Shown: positions 1 to 11,228, numbered from the stretch's first letter. The stretch: DNA of 64,000 bases from Octopus vulgaris (GCA_951406725.2 OX597832.1:41912001-41976000); one strand, 5' to 3'. The notes: generated by a model not told the origin, from the letters alone. Numbers and translations: made by a program.

Positions 1-169
1 CGGCTGTGCATTGTCATGCTGGAGAATATCGGTTTGGCAAAAGAGACCAATAGAATAAGTTCTAGGCTTACAAAGAATAAGTACTGAGGTTGATTTGCTC
101 AACTAAATGCAGTGTTCCAGCATGGCCACAGTCAAATGACTGAAACAAATAAAAGAATATATATATATA

Positions 170-533
170 GGTGCAGGAGTGGCTGTGTGGTAAGTAGCCT
201 GCTTACCAACCACATGGTTCCGGGTTCAGTCCCACTGTGTGGCACCTTGGGCAAGTGTCTTCTACTATAGCCTCGGGCTGACCAAAGCCTTGTGAGTGGA
301 TTTGGTAGACGGAAACTGAAAGAAGCCTGTTGTATATATATATGTGTGTGTTTGTGTGTCTGTTTGTCCCCCCAACATCGCTTGACAACCGATGCTGGTA
401 TGTTTACATCCCTGTTCGGCAAAAGAGACTGATAGAATAAGTACTAGGCTTACAAAGAATAAGACATGGGGTCGATTTGGTCGACTAAAAGCGGTGCTCC
501 AGCATGGCCGCAATCAAATGACAAACAAGTAAA
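170..533 (+). mobile_element. tRNA-derived SINE family A (head GG(C/T)GCAGGAGTGGCTGTGTGGTAAG, tail CAGTCAAATGACTGAAAC(AAGTAAAAG)n); a 3' fragment also at 25-158
   Basis: tRNA-like A/B boxes; near-identical copies elsewhere in the window. Confidence 0.9.
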
Positions 534-888
534 AAAAAATATGTATTGGGGTAACAAGTTTATAGCAACATGATCTGGCCTACTTAGAGTGGGGTACTTG
601 AAGTGAAAAATCTGAATGTTGACAAGCTTAACCCATAACAATGAGTCTAACAAAATTTGTATTGTTTCACCCTGGGACTCTTCAGGATTTCTTGAAGAAG
701 CCACAGGTGAAACCGAATATAATTTTTGTTAGACTCACCGTAATAGAGTATTAGGATATTTGTGTGTGTGTGGATGACTGTGTACATGCGTACATGTGAG
801 ATGTAGTCACATGACCACCTAAATTAGCAGTACCCCTGAAAATGTGTTACTCCTAACTGTGATGACCAGTCCAGTTCATGCTAGAATG

Positions 889-1583
889 AGCACAGCTGCC
901 ATGACTTTTGGAAACCTTTTTTTCACGCTAAGAGTTGCTGAAGCATGGAACAAACTACCGGCATCAGTTGTCAGAGCACTGCATCCTTCAAGCTATGGTA
1001 AGACGTCGCCTGGAATTTGCATCACCGGTCTGGAACCCCTATCTTGCCCAGGATATCAATCGTCTGGAAGTCGTTCAGCAACGTGCAACCAAGAGAATAC
1101 CCTCCATCAGGCATTTACCATATTCTGAATGCCTTACTTCCCTGGGCATGGACATATTGAAACTCCGACGTCTGGCAGCTGACTTGGCAGACACCCATAA
1201 AATTATCAACCATCTTACAAACAGTAACTCTGAGCACCTGTCTAACACCCGTGGACATATTTACAAAGTCAGAAAACAGCACAGCTCCCAGGACTTTCAG
1301 AAACATTTTTTCACGCTAAGAGTTGCTGAAGCATGGAACAAACTGCCGGCATCAGTTGTTAGTTGTCGGAGCACTGCATCCTTCAAAACTTCCATGCTTC
1401 CTGAGATTCGCCAACACTACACCTGATTTCCTCCCCTCCATACACATAAGCAAGCATGTGTCTGACTCATTCATTGTTCGCTTTCCAGACATTTGTACAT
1501 TACTGCATATACTCTATACGCACTTTTGATAAGTTGTGGTGCACCTGAGCATTGTATACAATAATTTCATTATTATTATTATT
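889..1583 (+). mobile_element. 5'-truncated CR1-group LINE: RT C-terminus, 3' UTR and (TAT)n tail
   Basis: Translation LEFASPVWNPY..DINRLEVVQQRATKRI..TRGH..FFTLRVAEAWNKLP is typical of the CR1 ORF2 C-terminus; ends in (TAT)n. Confidence 0.9.
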
Positions 1584-1607
1584 AAAACGGGTGATGAGTA
1601 TGACAAA

Positions 1608-2582
1608 TGAGGTGCATTCCAGAAGATTTGAGATTTTTTTTTTTAAGAGAGACAATTATTACTGGTCTACATTTACTGTTATTTTAAGATATCATTCAAT
1701 AATAAATCTTAGAGCGAGTTATAAACAGTAGCTGCAACACATCGTGATGTATATTTGCCATTTAAATATGGCTAACCCCTAAGAGTGGATGCTACTGTAG
1801 TTTGTAGTAGCATCCACCTTTAGGGGTTAGCCATATTTAAATGGCAAATATACGTCATAATATATCATTACTATTCACCTAATAAGATGACTTGCAAACT
1901 TTTGCTATTCCAGATTGAAGGAGATGGTTTTTACTGCACTTTGAATAACACCCTGCTAAACATTGTTTATAACAGCTGACTAGCTTGCAGAATGCACTGG
2001 GATGTAAAGACAGTTTGGAAGCTTGCTATTGAATAAAGTTCTGTGTTAAACTGGGCAGAAACACTACAGAAAGGTATGAAATACTCTAGAGTGCTTTTGG
2101 ATTAACCTGTAAGAGCTGAGCATCTGTTTTCCACTGTCCCATGAGGCCAAGCAAAACAAGTCCACCAGGAGGCTCAATGATCCCCTTTTTTTGACAGCAA
2201 AGGCATCATCTACATCCACTGGGTCCCCTCTGATGAAACAGTCAACAGAAAGTATGTTGTGAAGGTTTTGAGAGGGTTCGGGAAGAGATTTTATCACAAA
2301 AGGTTAGAGCACCTGCCCCAAGATAATGCAACGGTTCCACCCTGGTGACTGACTACTTACCAGAGGTGGGGCATCGAAACTGTTCCGCACCCTCCCTGCA
2401 GTACCCCCAAGCTGAAGGAGAAAGTCAGAGGCAGTCATTTTGAAGGTGGTTGTGACAAGGGTCCTGGACATCTTCACTTAGGAGGACTTCCATGGGGGGG
2501 TCTACATAAGGTGACTCAAGTACTTTGGAATTAATAAATGTCACATCTGGAACCATTTCAAAACTTCCTGGAATGCATCTTG
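1608..2582 (+). mobile_element. Degenerate mariner transposon with both TIRs
   Basis: Left GAGGTGCATTCCAGAAGATTTGAGAT is inverted to right ATTTCAAAACTTCCTGGAATGCATCTTG|TA. Internal relic MIPFFDSKGIIYIHWVP..TVN..QDNA..GIETVPHPP at about 2177-2450. Confidence 0.8.
1745..1857. repeat. Palindrome (arms about 50 bp) inside the mariner relic
   Basis: TATATTTGCCATTTAAATATGGCTAACCCCTAAGAGTGGATGCTACT and its reverse complement around a short loop. Confidence 0.92.
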
Positions 2583-2823
2583 TATGTATTTACGTACCTG
2601 TGGTGCTGAATGGAAGGTATGCAATGATAAATGAATAAAAATTACAAATCAGATTTTAATACAATTTTTTTTTTTTTCTGAAAGACAGTCCATACATGCT
2701 ATGCATACCTTATGTTAGATATATGATTTTGATCTTTAAAGCTGCATTCTCTGGTTCAAGTACCCAGAGTTACTCATCATATATATATATATATATCTGA
2801 GTGTGTTTGGATATGAATCTGTT

Positions 2824-3279
2824 TTAATATTTTGGCCTAGATTGCCAATATGGTAAATTGCAAGGAGGAATTCCTCTCCGAATTCGTTTGTGTTGATTTT
2901 CATAATCAAAGAAATAACCACAGGAATGTTTTGTTTTGTAAGTTTTAAAGGGAGCTAGTTGATTAAAGGATATTTGACCTCCAGATGACACATGTTCTTC
3001 TTCCACTTCCTCCTCTTCATCAGGAGTTGGTGATCTTTTCATTTTTGCACTTGGACCCAATTCCCGCTGTTTCTTAAGTTCTTTTGCTAATTCTATCTGA
3101 TAAACAGAACCTTGCAACCGGTTAAATCCTAAATCTAATTTCTTCAGTCGCTCTTTTTCCAGCCGTTCCCAGTTTGTAATGATAGGATTGTTTGGAAAAT
3201 GCACCACATCTAACTGCTCCTTTTCCATTGGCTTGAATCCCCTTTTCTCATAGCGTTGTTTATTACTTGAATCACTCAT
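2824..3279 (-). CDS. Uncharacterised 151-aa protein, uninterrupted ORF
   Basis: ATG-to-TAA ORF in non-repetitive AT-rich DNA with protein-like composition (charged helix, acidic patch, aromatic C-terminus CGYFFDY...GIPPCNLPYW). No family recognised. Confidence 0.65.
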   Translation of the reverse strand: MSDSSNKQRYEKRGFKPMEKEQLDVVHFPNNPIITNWERLEKERLKKLDLGFNRLQGSVYQIELAKELKKQRELGPSAKMKRSPTPDEEEEVEEEHVSSGGQISFNQLAPFKTYKTKHSCGYFFDYENQHKRIRRGIPPCNLPYWQSRPKY

Positions 3280-4385
3280 TTCTTAAGATGACCAAAATTC
3301 TTTTATGCCGAACCTTCCTTGTTCTTTAAAATTACACTAAATTCTTCAAAGAACTAATATCTTCTAAAAGTATTTGGCCCACATGTGGAGCTACAAAACT
3401 TTTACAATTAAATATTTATTCGAAATGTGAAAATTTTCACTGCAACTGGTTTACTGAAAATATCAAAACTGGTAGATCATATCTAACTGCTTTATGACAT
3501 CACAATTTTCTTCCTGTTTTTGTCTTTGCATTACATTGCATTTTGCAGTTTTATAGATAAAATGAATTCTTCTGGTGGTTTTTGTTTCATACCCCCATGA
3601 ATATAATGTAAGTTTTTAGTATTTAGATGTAAATCTTTATTATTGTCTTGCGATCTTACATAGATAGGGACATAACAAGACGGACAAATACACAGAATGT
3701 TATATGAGTTCAAATGAGACTTAAAAATTTAGTTGTAATATGACATAAACGAAAACTTGGCTTACTTTTGCCTTTAAACGAATCATTGGCTTACTTTTGC
3801 CTTTGCAATGAGAACTTTCGTGCGTTTTTTTTTTTTAATAAAAATAGAAACCATAACATATGTTAAAACGAAAAAAGGGGGAAAATGCAGGTTCCAAATT
3901 TTGATCCCGGCAGCCTATAAAGCCCAGCAACTAATTTTTTCCTTTCTTTGATGATTAAGCTGGGTTACTAACACCCACCTTTCTCATCACATCTTTCCAA
4001 CATTTCACATACTCTTTCTATGGTAGGTTCCTGTAATATAGATTATATCTTCTCATTTCACTTTGAGCAAGGACAACAGCTCAAAAGAGATAAAAACTGA
4101 CTTAGCTTGACTTTGTCTGCCATGATATAAACTGAACATCATATTGATAAGCCAGATTTTCCCCCACAAAGCTCAAACCATACAAATCTCTGGTCACTTT
4201 AATCTTATTGTACAGGCATGAAAGTTGGACACTTGCAGGTGACATGGAACAAAAATTTTAGAGCTAAACAATAAACATAGGCATAGGAGTGACTGTGTGG
4301 TAAGTAGATTGCTTATGAACCACATGGTTACGCCACTTGACAAGTGGTGTTGGTGTGTTTATGCCCTTGTTTGACAAAACATACA

Positions 4386-4858
4386 GTTCATTAAGAGAAA
4401 AAAACCTTGGATTTTTCGCGTGAAATCAAGTACCCGGACCTCCTAATATGCCACAAACCCTTTATTTTGGTTCGGGAAAAAGGAGAGGGTGTGTGGAATC
4501 GGAACTCTCCCTGGAATTATTGGAAAATGCTTTTGTTTTTCGTTGAATGAATTACGGTGACCTCCTAATATACCACAAAACATATTTCTTTGTCCTGCCT
4601 CACCCCCACCCGTTTTCCGGACAAAAAGTGTTTTGTGGCATATTAGGAGGTCACCCTAATTCATTCAACGAAAAAGAAAAAGCATTTTCCACTACTTGTG
4701 GGAAGGGAGGGGGATTCCGATTCCTCTCCACCCTTTTCCCGAACCAAAACAAGAGGTTTGCGGCATATTAGGAGCTCAGGGTACTTGATTCCACGCGAAA
4801 AATCCGAGGTCTTTTTTTCTTAGTGAACCGCGTGCGGATGTACTTGTCCAAATTTACC
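4386..4858. mobile_element. Foldback/MITE with about 210-bp inverted arms, inserted in a SINE
   Basis: Arms about 4386-4595 and 4619-4829 are reverse complements with internal CCTCCTAATAT(G/A)CCACAAA subrepeats; right end ...CAAATTTACC. SINE head (4280-4380) and tail (4860-4930) flank it. Confidence 0.85.
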
Positions 4859-6586
4859 GACTAAACTTCCTCAAGGCGATGCCCCAGCATGGCTGCAGTC
4901 TAATGATCAAAACAAGTAAAAGATAAAAAGATTTGTTGCGAAACAGAAATCTTATGTTGTGCATAGAAATGGCTGAACGCGGCCGACTCAAAGTGGGAGA
5001 TAGATTAGTGTACGACGCAGCTGATGATCAACATCGCAACGAAAGGGTCTTCTGAGGTATATTTGCAACATATTTGGTGACATCTAGTCTACCGTTGAGT
5101 TTGTGGCATCGTTTAAGATTAATTCCCAATTCAGCGATGCAGTAATCGGTAAATGCCTTTCGTTATTTAACAGACTTTTTCACATGAAAAAAAAAAGTCT
5201 CAGGAAAATAAATGTGGAGGATCGCAGTGTAATTTCCAAAGAATGGGAATAAATAAAGACCTTAACGTGATATACTTGAAATACTGAAATGAAAGATGTT
5301 TACTAGTTTTTAAAAAATTTATATTGTTACTTGAGGAAATTACATCTTTTAGAAATGTTTGTTCTCTCTCTACCTCATGAAGTGTTGCTATTTTAATGCT
5401 TCGTTTCGGTGTTTCTAGTACACTGTGGTATTTTTATACACAGCTTATTTTCTGGAAATTACGCCGCATTTTTCCACAGTAACCTAAATATTAAAGATAT
5501 AAGAAAACTTTATTATTTCTCTTAAATATGCTCTCCATTCACTTTTTATCATGAAAGAAAGCACTTTTGACAAAGTGAATTACTTTCACTTTCATGGGAT
5601 CTTGGAAACGAACCACCAGCTAAAAAAAAAAAAAAAGGCAAAAATCACGAAGGGTATTCTCTGAAACTGGAAATATTGACACTATGGAAATCTTTGGTTT
5701 TAGTTACCTATCTGGGGGATTAATAGTAAAGTCACAATCCCTAAAATAATAATCATAAAGCTGGAACCATTCCCAAGAAATTAAAAATAGATTTGAAAAT
5801 ATTCAACCAAAATTAATATCAAATACTTCCATTTAATAAGGAAATTTTGAACAGTTGCACATTCGTTCCGCTGATTTCGAGATACCCCTGACTAGTTTTG
5901 TAATTTTCCTCGGATTGTTTTGGTTTCATTATCACGTCATCATTTAGTAACCATCAGATGTGATGGATAGGCACCTCGTCCTTTCTTTTAAAGAAATTCT
6001 CCAGCAATGGGGATTATGATTTTGCCAAAAAACTAAAGCTTTTCAAATTTTTAAACGCCCATCCTCCCATTTTCTGTTTTTTTTTTCTCTTTTATTCGGT
6101 TTTTGAAATCCGCGTTTTTAAATAGACGTTACTATTAGGAAAAACATTTTCTCAAATTTTCGGTTTTTAATAACGATTTGCTTACGAAAATTTGGTAATT
6201 TCATGATCGTAGTGAAAGAATACCCTTTCTCTGCTACAATTGCCAAAATAGACGAAAGAAGTTCTAAATTTTTTTCGAGCATTAATTTTCCTACCACATG
6301 AACTCGTTCGTATAACTTTAAATAAATTATTTCAGTCATTCAAAACTGGTTTACAAGCTTGTATTTATTTCTCTTCCAGAGGAACTGCAATATGAATATC
6401 ATTCTCTGTATAATCAGCAAATTTTCTCTTTATAACTATACTTATCCTAATCACCAGTTTCAATCATACGCAATCACATTTCGATCAGAAATCCAAGTTT
6501 CCTGCAACGTTGACCCCCCCAAATACCCACCGATGTTAATCTATCCTGCCACCATCCTTTTGTTTTCGGCAAAAGAAAAAATTTAT

Positions 6587-7069
6587 GGTAAATTTTCAGA
6601 GTAACACCTGCACGATTTTTTTTTCTGGCGATCTTTCCGACGATTTCCGTAAAAAAAAATTTTTTTTTTTTACATATGGGCTTGCGGGAACTTTTGAAGT
6701 AATATACATACATATACACATACACCGAGTAAAAAATTTCAGTTATCTCTTTCTTTCACACATTACTCTCTCTGTCTCTTCATACACACTAACAGAAGCA
6801 CTTCACTTACACAACATACTGTCTGTCTCCCCCCCACACACACACATGTACATCAATGCTCCCATGCACGGTAACTTCAAAAGAACTTCCCTCGTCATAA
6901 AATCGCTTTCTCTTAGTCTCTTTCGCTCTCATTACTTCAAAAGTTCCCGCAAGCCCATATGTAAAAAAAAAAATTTTTTTACGGAAATCGACGGAAAGGT
7001 CTACTAGAGACGAAAGATTGCCTTTTTTCTTAGTGAAAATCGTGCGAATGTTACTCGGAAAATTTACCC
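6587..7069. mobile_element. MITE with GGTAAATTTTC termini and long inverted arms
   Basis: GGTAAATTTTCAGAGTAACA...GGGAACTTTTGAAGTAAT is mirrored by ATTACTTCAAAAGTTCCC...GAAAATTTACC; ATTTAT flanks both sides. Confidence 0.85.
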
Positions 7070-7959
7070 ATTTATTTATTAATATATTTCAACATATTCC
7101 GTCCACCTTCCCCCAAATATGATATTTTCAATCCATTTCACGTCAAATATTTCCTAGAAAGTCATACCACTCTGTGACAATCTTATCAGATATTCTCAAT
7201 TGGGACATCATTATCTGATGAGACGTGTCTATGAACAAAAAATACGTCGTTTGAATGAGGGAAGGCATTCCATATTTAAATAAGACTTCGCAAGCCACAT
7301 TTTGCAGCATTTCCATCGAAATGCTTCGAATATTTACTTCGAGTAAGCGGGGTCACTTCACAGCGCTGGCATTTGTTCTAATTTCGAATTAGATGTCGAC
7401 ATGCAGCCTACTCGATACGGGTGAAGTAAAGTCGACGAGCGAAGCCAGGGAATCCATTTCTCATATTTAATGTTTACATGTGAAAAAAAAAAACTTCGGT
7501 GTGGCATTATTCTTGTATTATTCCCACCTGGAATGCCCCCAAAATGTACGAAAATCAAATGAAGGTTCCTTAAGATATAAAAAATGTAGGACATTAACAG
7601 TGGGAACGTTTTAAAAATAAGTGATGGACACGATCGAATTTCTACAAGGAAATATCGAAAGACCACCACCACCATCAATCTTTTGAATTTTATTTAGATT
7701 GCGCATGACCAAGTTTCAGGGCGCATGCGCAAGATATAATTAAAAAACAAAAAATTTTAACCGGGAAATACTATCACACTTCTTCGTTACGAAATAACAG
7801 ACAGACAAGCAACTGGTATCTGGTTAGATTGTAATATTTAGATTATAAAAAAATTTATTAAATAATCTGGCCATCAAATTGAAAAGATCCTAATGTTCGA
7901 TTGAATGTGTTCGATCAATCATTTTCTTAACTGATCAATACCACCACTCTATACATACC

Positions 7960-8190
7960 TATTTCTTTATTACCCACAAGGGGCTGAACACAGAGGGGAC
8001 AAACAAGGACAGACATAGGTATTAAGTCGATTACATCGACCCCAGTGCGTAACTGGTACTTAATTTATCGACCCCGAAAGGATGAAAGGCAAAGTCGACC
8101 TCGGCGGAATTTGAACTCAGAACGTAACGACAGGCGAAATACCGCTAAGCCTTTCGCCCGAGGTGCTAACGTCTCTGCCAGCTCGCCGCC
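7960..8190 (-). mobile_element. SINE family C (Nin-like central domain GTCGACTTTGCCTTTCATCCTTTCGGGGTCGATAAA), young copy
   Basis: 10-bp TSD TATACATACC at 7950-7959 and 8191-8200; near-identical to the 36213-36437 copy. Confidence 0.92.
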
Positions 8191-8805
8191 TATACATACC
8201 AAGGCGGGAACTTCTGTGTGGTCGCTTTTAAACATTTTAGAAGTAGCAGCCAAATTATTTTTCTCTGATCTCAGCGGCCTATCTAGTGTTTTAACTCAGA
8301 GCACCAACACGTCTTTTATTTTGTTTCTTCTACTTGGTTACTTCCTATTTAAAATAGTAGTAGTGACTAATCCAGTCGGTGAAAGCAATGTTGTTGCTAT
8401 TGACAATCAGTAAAACCTTTGACCGTAACTGACATACATATCTCCTATCAAAACATCCTATTTACAAGCTCCCCTGCCGTCTCTTTGTAGCTTCCTAACC
8501 GATCGTTACAAAATGTGTTGACGGGGCTCTTTCTGTCCCAGTCACACCCAACAACGCCCACTCCTATGCAAATTGACACAACCCGTCATTCTCCCCTAAC
8601 CTTCCCCACCTATGCATCATCCTCATAGCCTAGATATCATTGCTAAACTTGAACGGATACCGTGGGCCCTTACCACCTTGTTTCGCTTGAGAGAAAAACA
8701 TAATTGAAGCACTACTTATATAAAGAAAACACCATCATACCCCACTCATGAACGGTATTCAATCTCCTCACGGTTACTTCAAATTCTGGGTCTCGTTAGA
8801 TAGAG

Positions 8806-8984
8806 CAGTGCTTTTCAAACTGTTTGCTGGGGCGGAACCCCAAGGAAACATTCCACTACCTCGAGGAGCCCCTGTGCAATAATTTAATAGTCTTATGCAT
8901 ACATATCTGCACTGCAGAATTAAAAATTACTGCCGATTTTAGCAGTTTTGTAACTTCTTGCGGAACCCTGGTTGAAAACCACTG
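8806..8984. mobile_element. hAT (Charlie-like) MITE
   Basis: CAGTGCTTTTCAA / TTGAAAACCACTG TIRs; imperfect 8-bp TSD AGATAGAG/GCATAGAG. Confidence 0.85.
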
Positions 8985-9029
8985 GCATAGAGGATCTCTT
9001 CTGGCGAAAGCTCATCCTTAGAATAGCTA

Positions 9030-9500
9030 AGGCCCTTCTCTTCGGGTTAGGAAATTATTCAGTTACTGCTGACACCTTACAAACTCGAGTACTGCTGCTG
9101 CTGCTACATCTGGGACGGTGCTGCAGCGACGCACAGACATCCCAGACCGCATCAAGCGAAGGACTATTTGACTAAATGCTATTCTATCATTAATAGAACA
9201 GACATGGTCCAGCCCCTAGCCGTGCTGTATCCTCTCCCCGTTATCATTTTGCTGTTACTATACTGGTCTCGGTTTCTCAGAGATGGTTAGACTCGTACCC
9301 CACCACTCAGATAGCACCGACTCTCTCCTCGTTTTATCTCTCATGGTACGCGCAGTTTCCTCTCGGACACACTAACCGTCATACACCTCCCTTAGTCCTT
9401 CTTCTCAGGTGTTTACCTGTAATAATTTTCTTTGAAAATGTTATGGACAATGCCGCACACTCCTTCAAACACCACAAGTAACACCTCTCCATCAATCCCA
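9030..9500 (+). mobile_element. Old CR1/L2-group LINE fossil
   Basis: LEYCCC(Y)IWDGAA..DRIKRR..VQPLA..CYYTGL..EMVRLVP relic across frameshifts. Confidence 0.65.
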
Positions 9501-10981
9501 CCACTCAACCAGTTTTTATACTGCCACGAAGTGGACGACAGTACAGCCTGATTGTGATAACTCAGACCTGTTAGGAATAGCAGCCAAATCTTCTACACGT
9601 AGAAATTGTCCTTCTTAAAAGGGGATGGACAACATTTCATACACTGTATTGTATCTGAACAGAGATGGGATGGTGAAAAAAGTGCAATTTTTATTATAAG
9701 ATTTAGTTGCTGTTGCTGACAGGTTGACACAGTGGCTTCGTCGTCCGCTTGAAGAATTTTAATATATGAATATGCATGTGTGTATAAGATATATATATAT
9801 ATATATATGCATATAAAGATAACATAAATGGCGTTTAAAATTTACGACAGCTGTTTTGGTAGAATTCTATTGATGTGAAAACAGCTGTCGTAGATTTTAA
9901 ACGGTATTTGTGTTATCTTTTCATACCTACGCAACACCTGGAATCAACCCCAGAGTTAGATCTACGGTTTAAATTGGATTTGGTACTTATCTGCAGTATC
10001 CTACCAATTCGTGTTGTTTCCTCTTCTGTGAACTGTATGTTTTTGTATCTAGCCATTTCTGGCATTTTATGCGTTGATGTCGAATCCTTATAACCAATTT
10101 ATATAGACAGAATATGTGTATACGCATTTTTACCCACAGATATTCCATGCATATACCCATGTAACCATACATCTACAAACATATACACACACGCACGTAT
10201 ATATATGTAGATGTGTGTACATATCAGGTTTATTTATTCAGAGCTGACAGGAATAAGTTAAGAGAGAGAATTTCCAACTCGTGTGGACTTAGTTTAAAAC
10301 ATCCATCGATTCTTAATGCCTCTCAATAGAAAGCTATATCACCTCTGTATGGCCTTAATAATACCTTTTTCAGAACATGTATGTCGTATCCCCGATGAAT
10401 TTATAAGTCCAACATCATTTTAAGTGATGGCCATGCTTTGTTTTCTTCGTTTTAGCCCGAGGGAAGTCCTGATGCTGTTGTCTTTTGTGTATATAGGGAC
10501 CCAACCATATGATGTAATGTAGTTCTCCTTTTCAAGACTACGATGAGATTTTCAGGTGAATCTGGTTGCTGTAACTACCCAAGTCGAACGACTACGTAAA
10601 CGCTCTTTGCTTTAAAGACGGTTTTTTTTAATATATATATATATATGGTTGGTGAATGGATTAAGAAGCGCGTGATTATATCTGCAGAGCATTAAACAGA
10701 GGAAATAGTTGCTATGGAAATCGTAAGAATTGTCAAATAAAAGAGGAAAAAGCTAGTATGGCGTAGTTCAGAAATAAATCATACAGAGAGAGAAGGTATA
10801 AATAAATAGTTTTAAAACACTGATGATGAATGAAAAATTTGAAAAGTCATAGGAAAACATAAAATATTAATTCTCTAAAATGTTTCAGTTTAATTAATTA
10901 CATGTTATTAATAGGACTGCTGTAGGAAAGGCACGCAATGCCAATATACGTATATGTAATATGTATTTAAATGTGAGTGGG

Positions 10982-11194
10982 GATAGATAGATAGGTAGAT
11001 AGACAAATAGATAGATAGATGGACAAATAGATAGATAGATGGACAAATAGATAGATAGATAGATAGACAAATAGATAGATAGATGGACAAATAGATAGAT
11101 AGATGGACAAATAGATAGATAGATAGACAAATAGATGGACAGATAGACAAATAGATGGACAGATAGACAAATAGATGGACAGATAGATAGACAA

Positions 11195-11225
<31 letters not shown>
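10982..11225. repeat. (GATA)n microsatellite with GACAAATA/GGAC variants
   Basis: Direct reading. Confidence 0.95.

Positions 11226-11228
<3 letters not shown>

Noticed and set aside
2660-2680. A-run downstream of the 151-aa ORF as a retrocopy poly(A) tail
   Set aside because: No preceding polyadenylation signal or TSD is visible, and T/A runs are common in this window.
5021-5056. CUGAUGA...GAAA..GUC hammerhead candidate
   Set aside because: Stems I, II and III do not pair.
10928-10944. AAGGCACGCAATGCCAA resembles miR-124
   Set aside because: Lacks the central GGUG and has no complementary arm to form a precursor; treated as chance.
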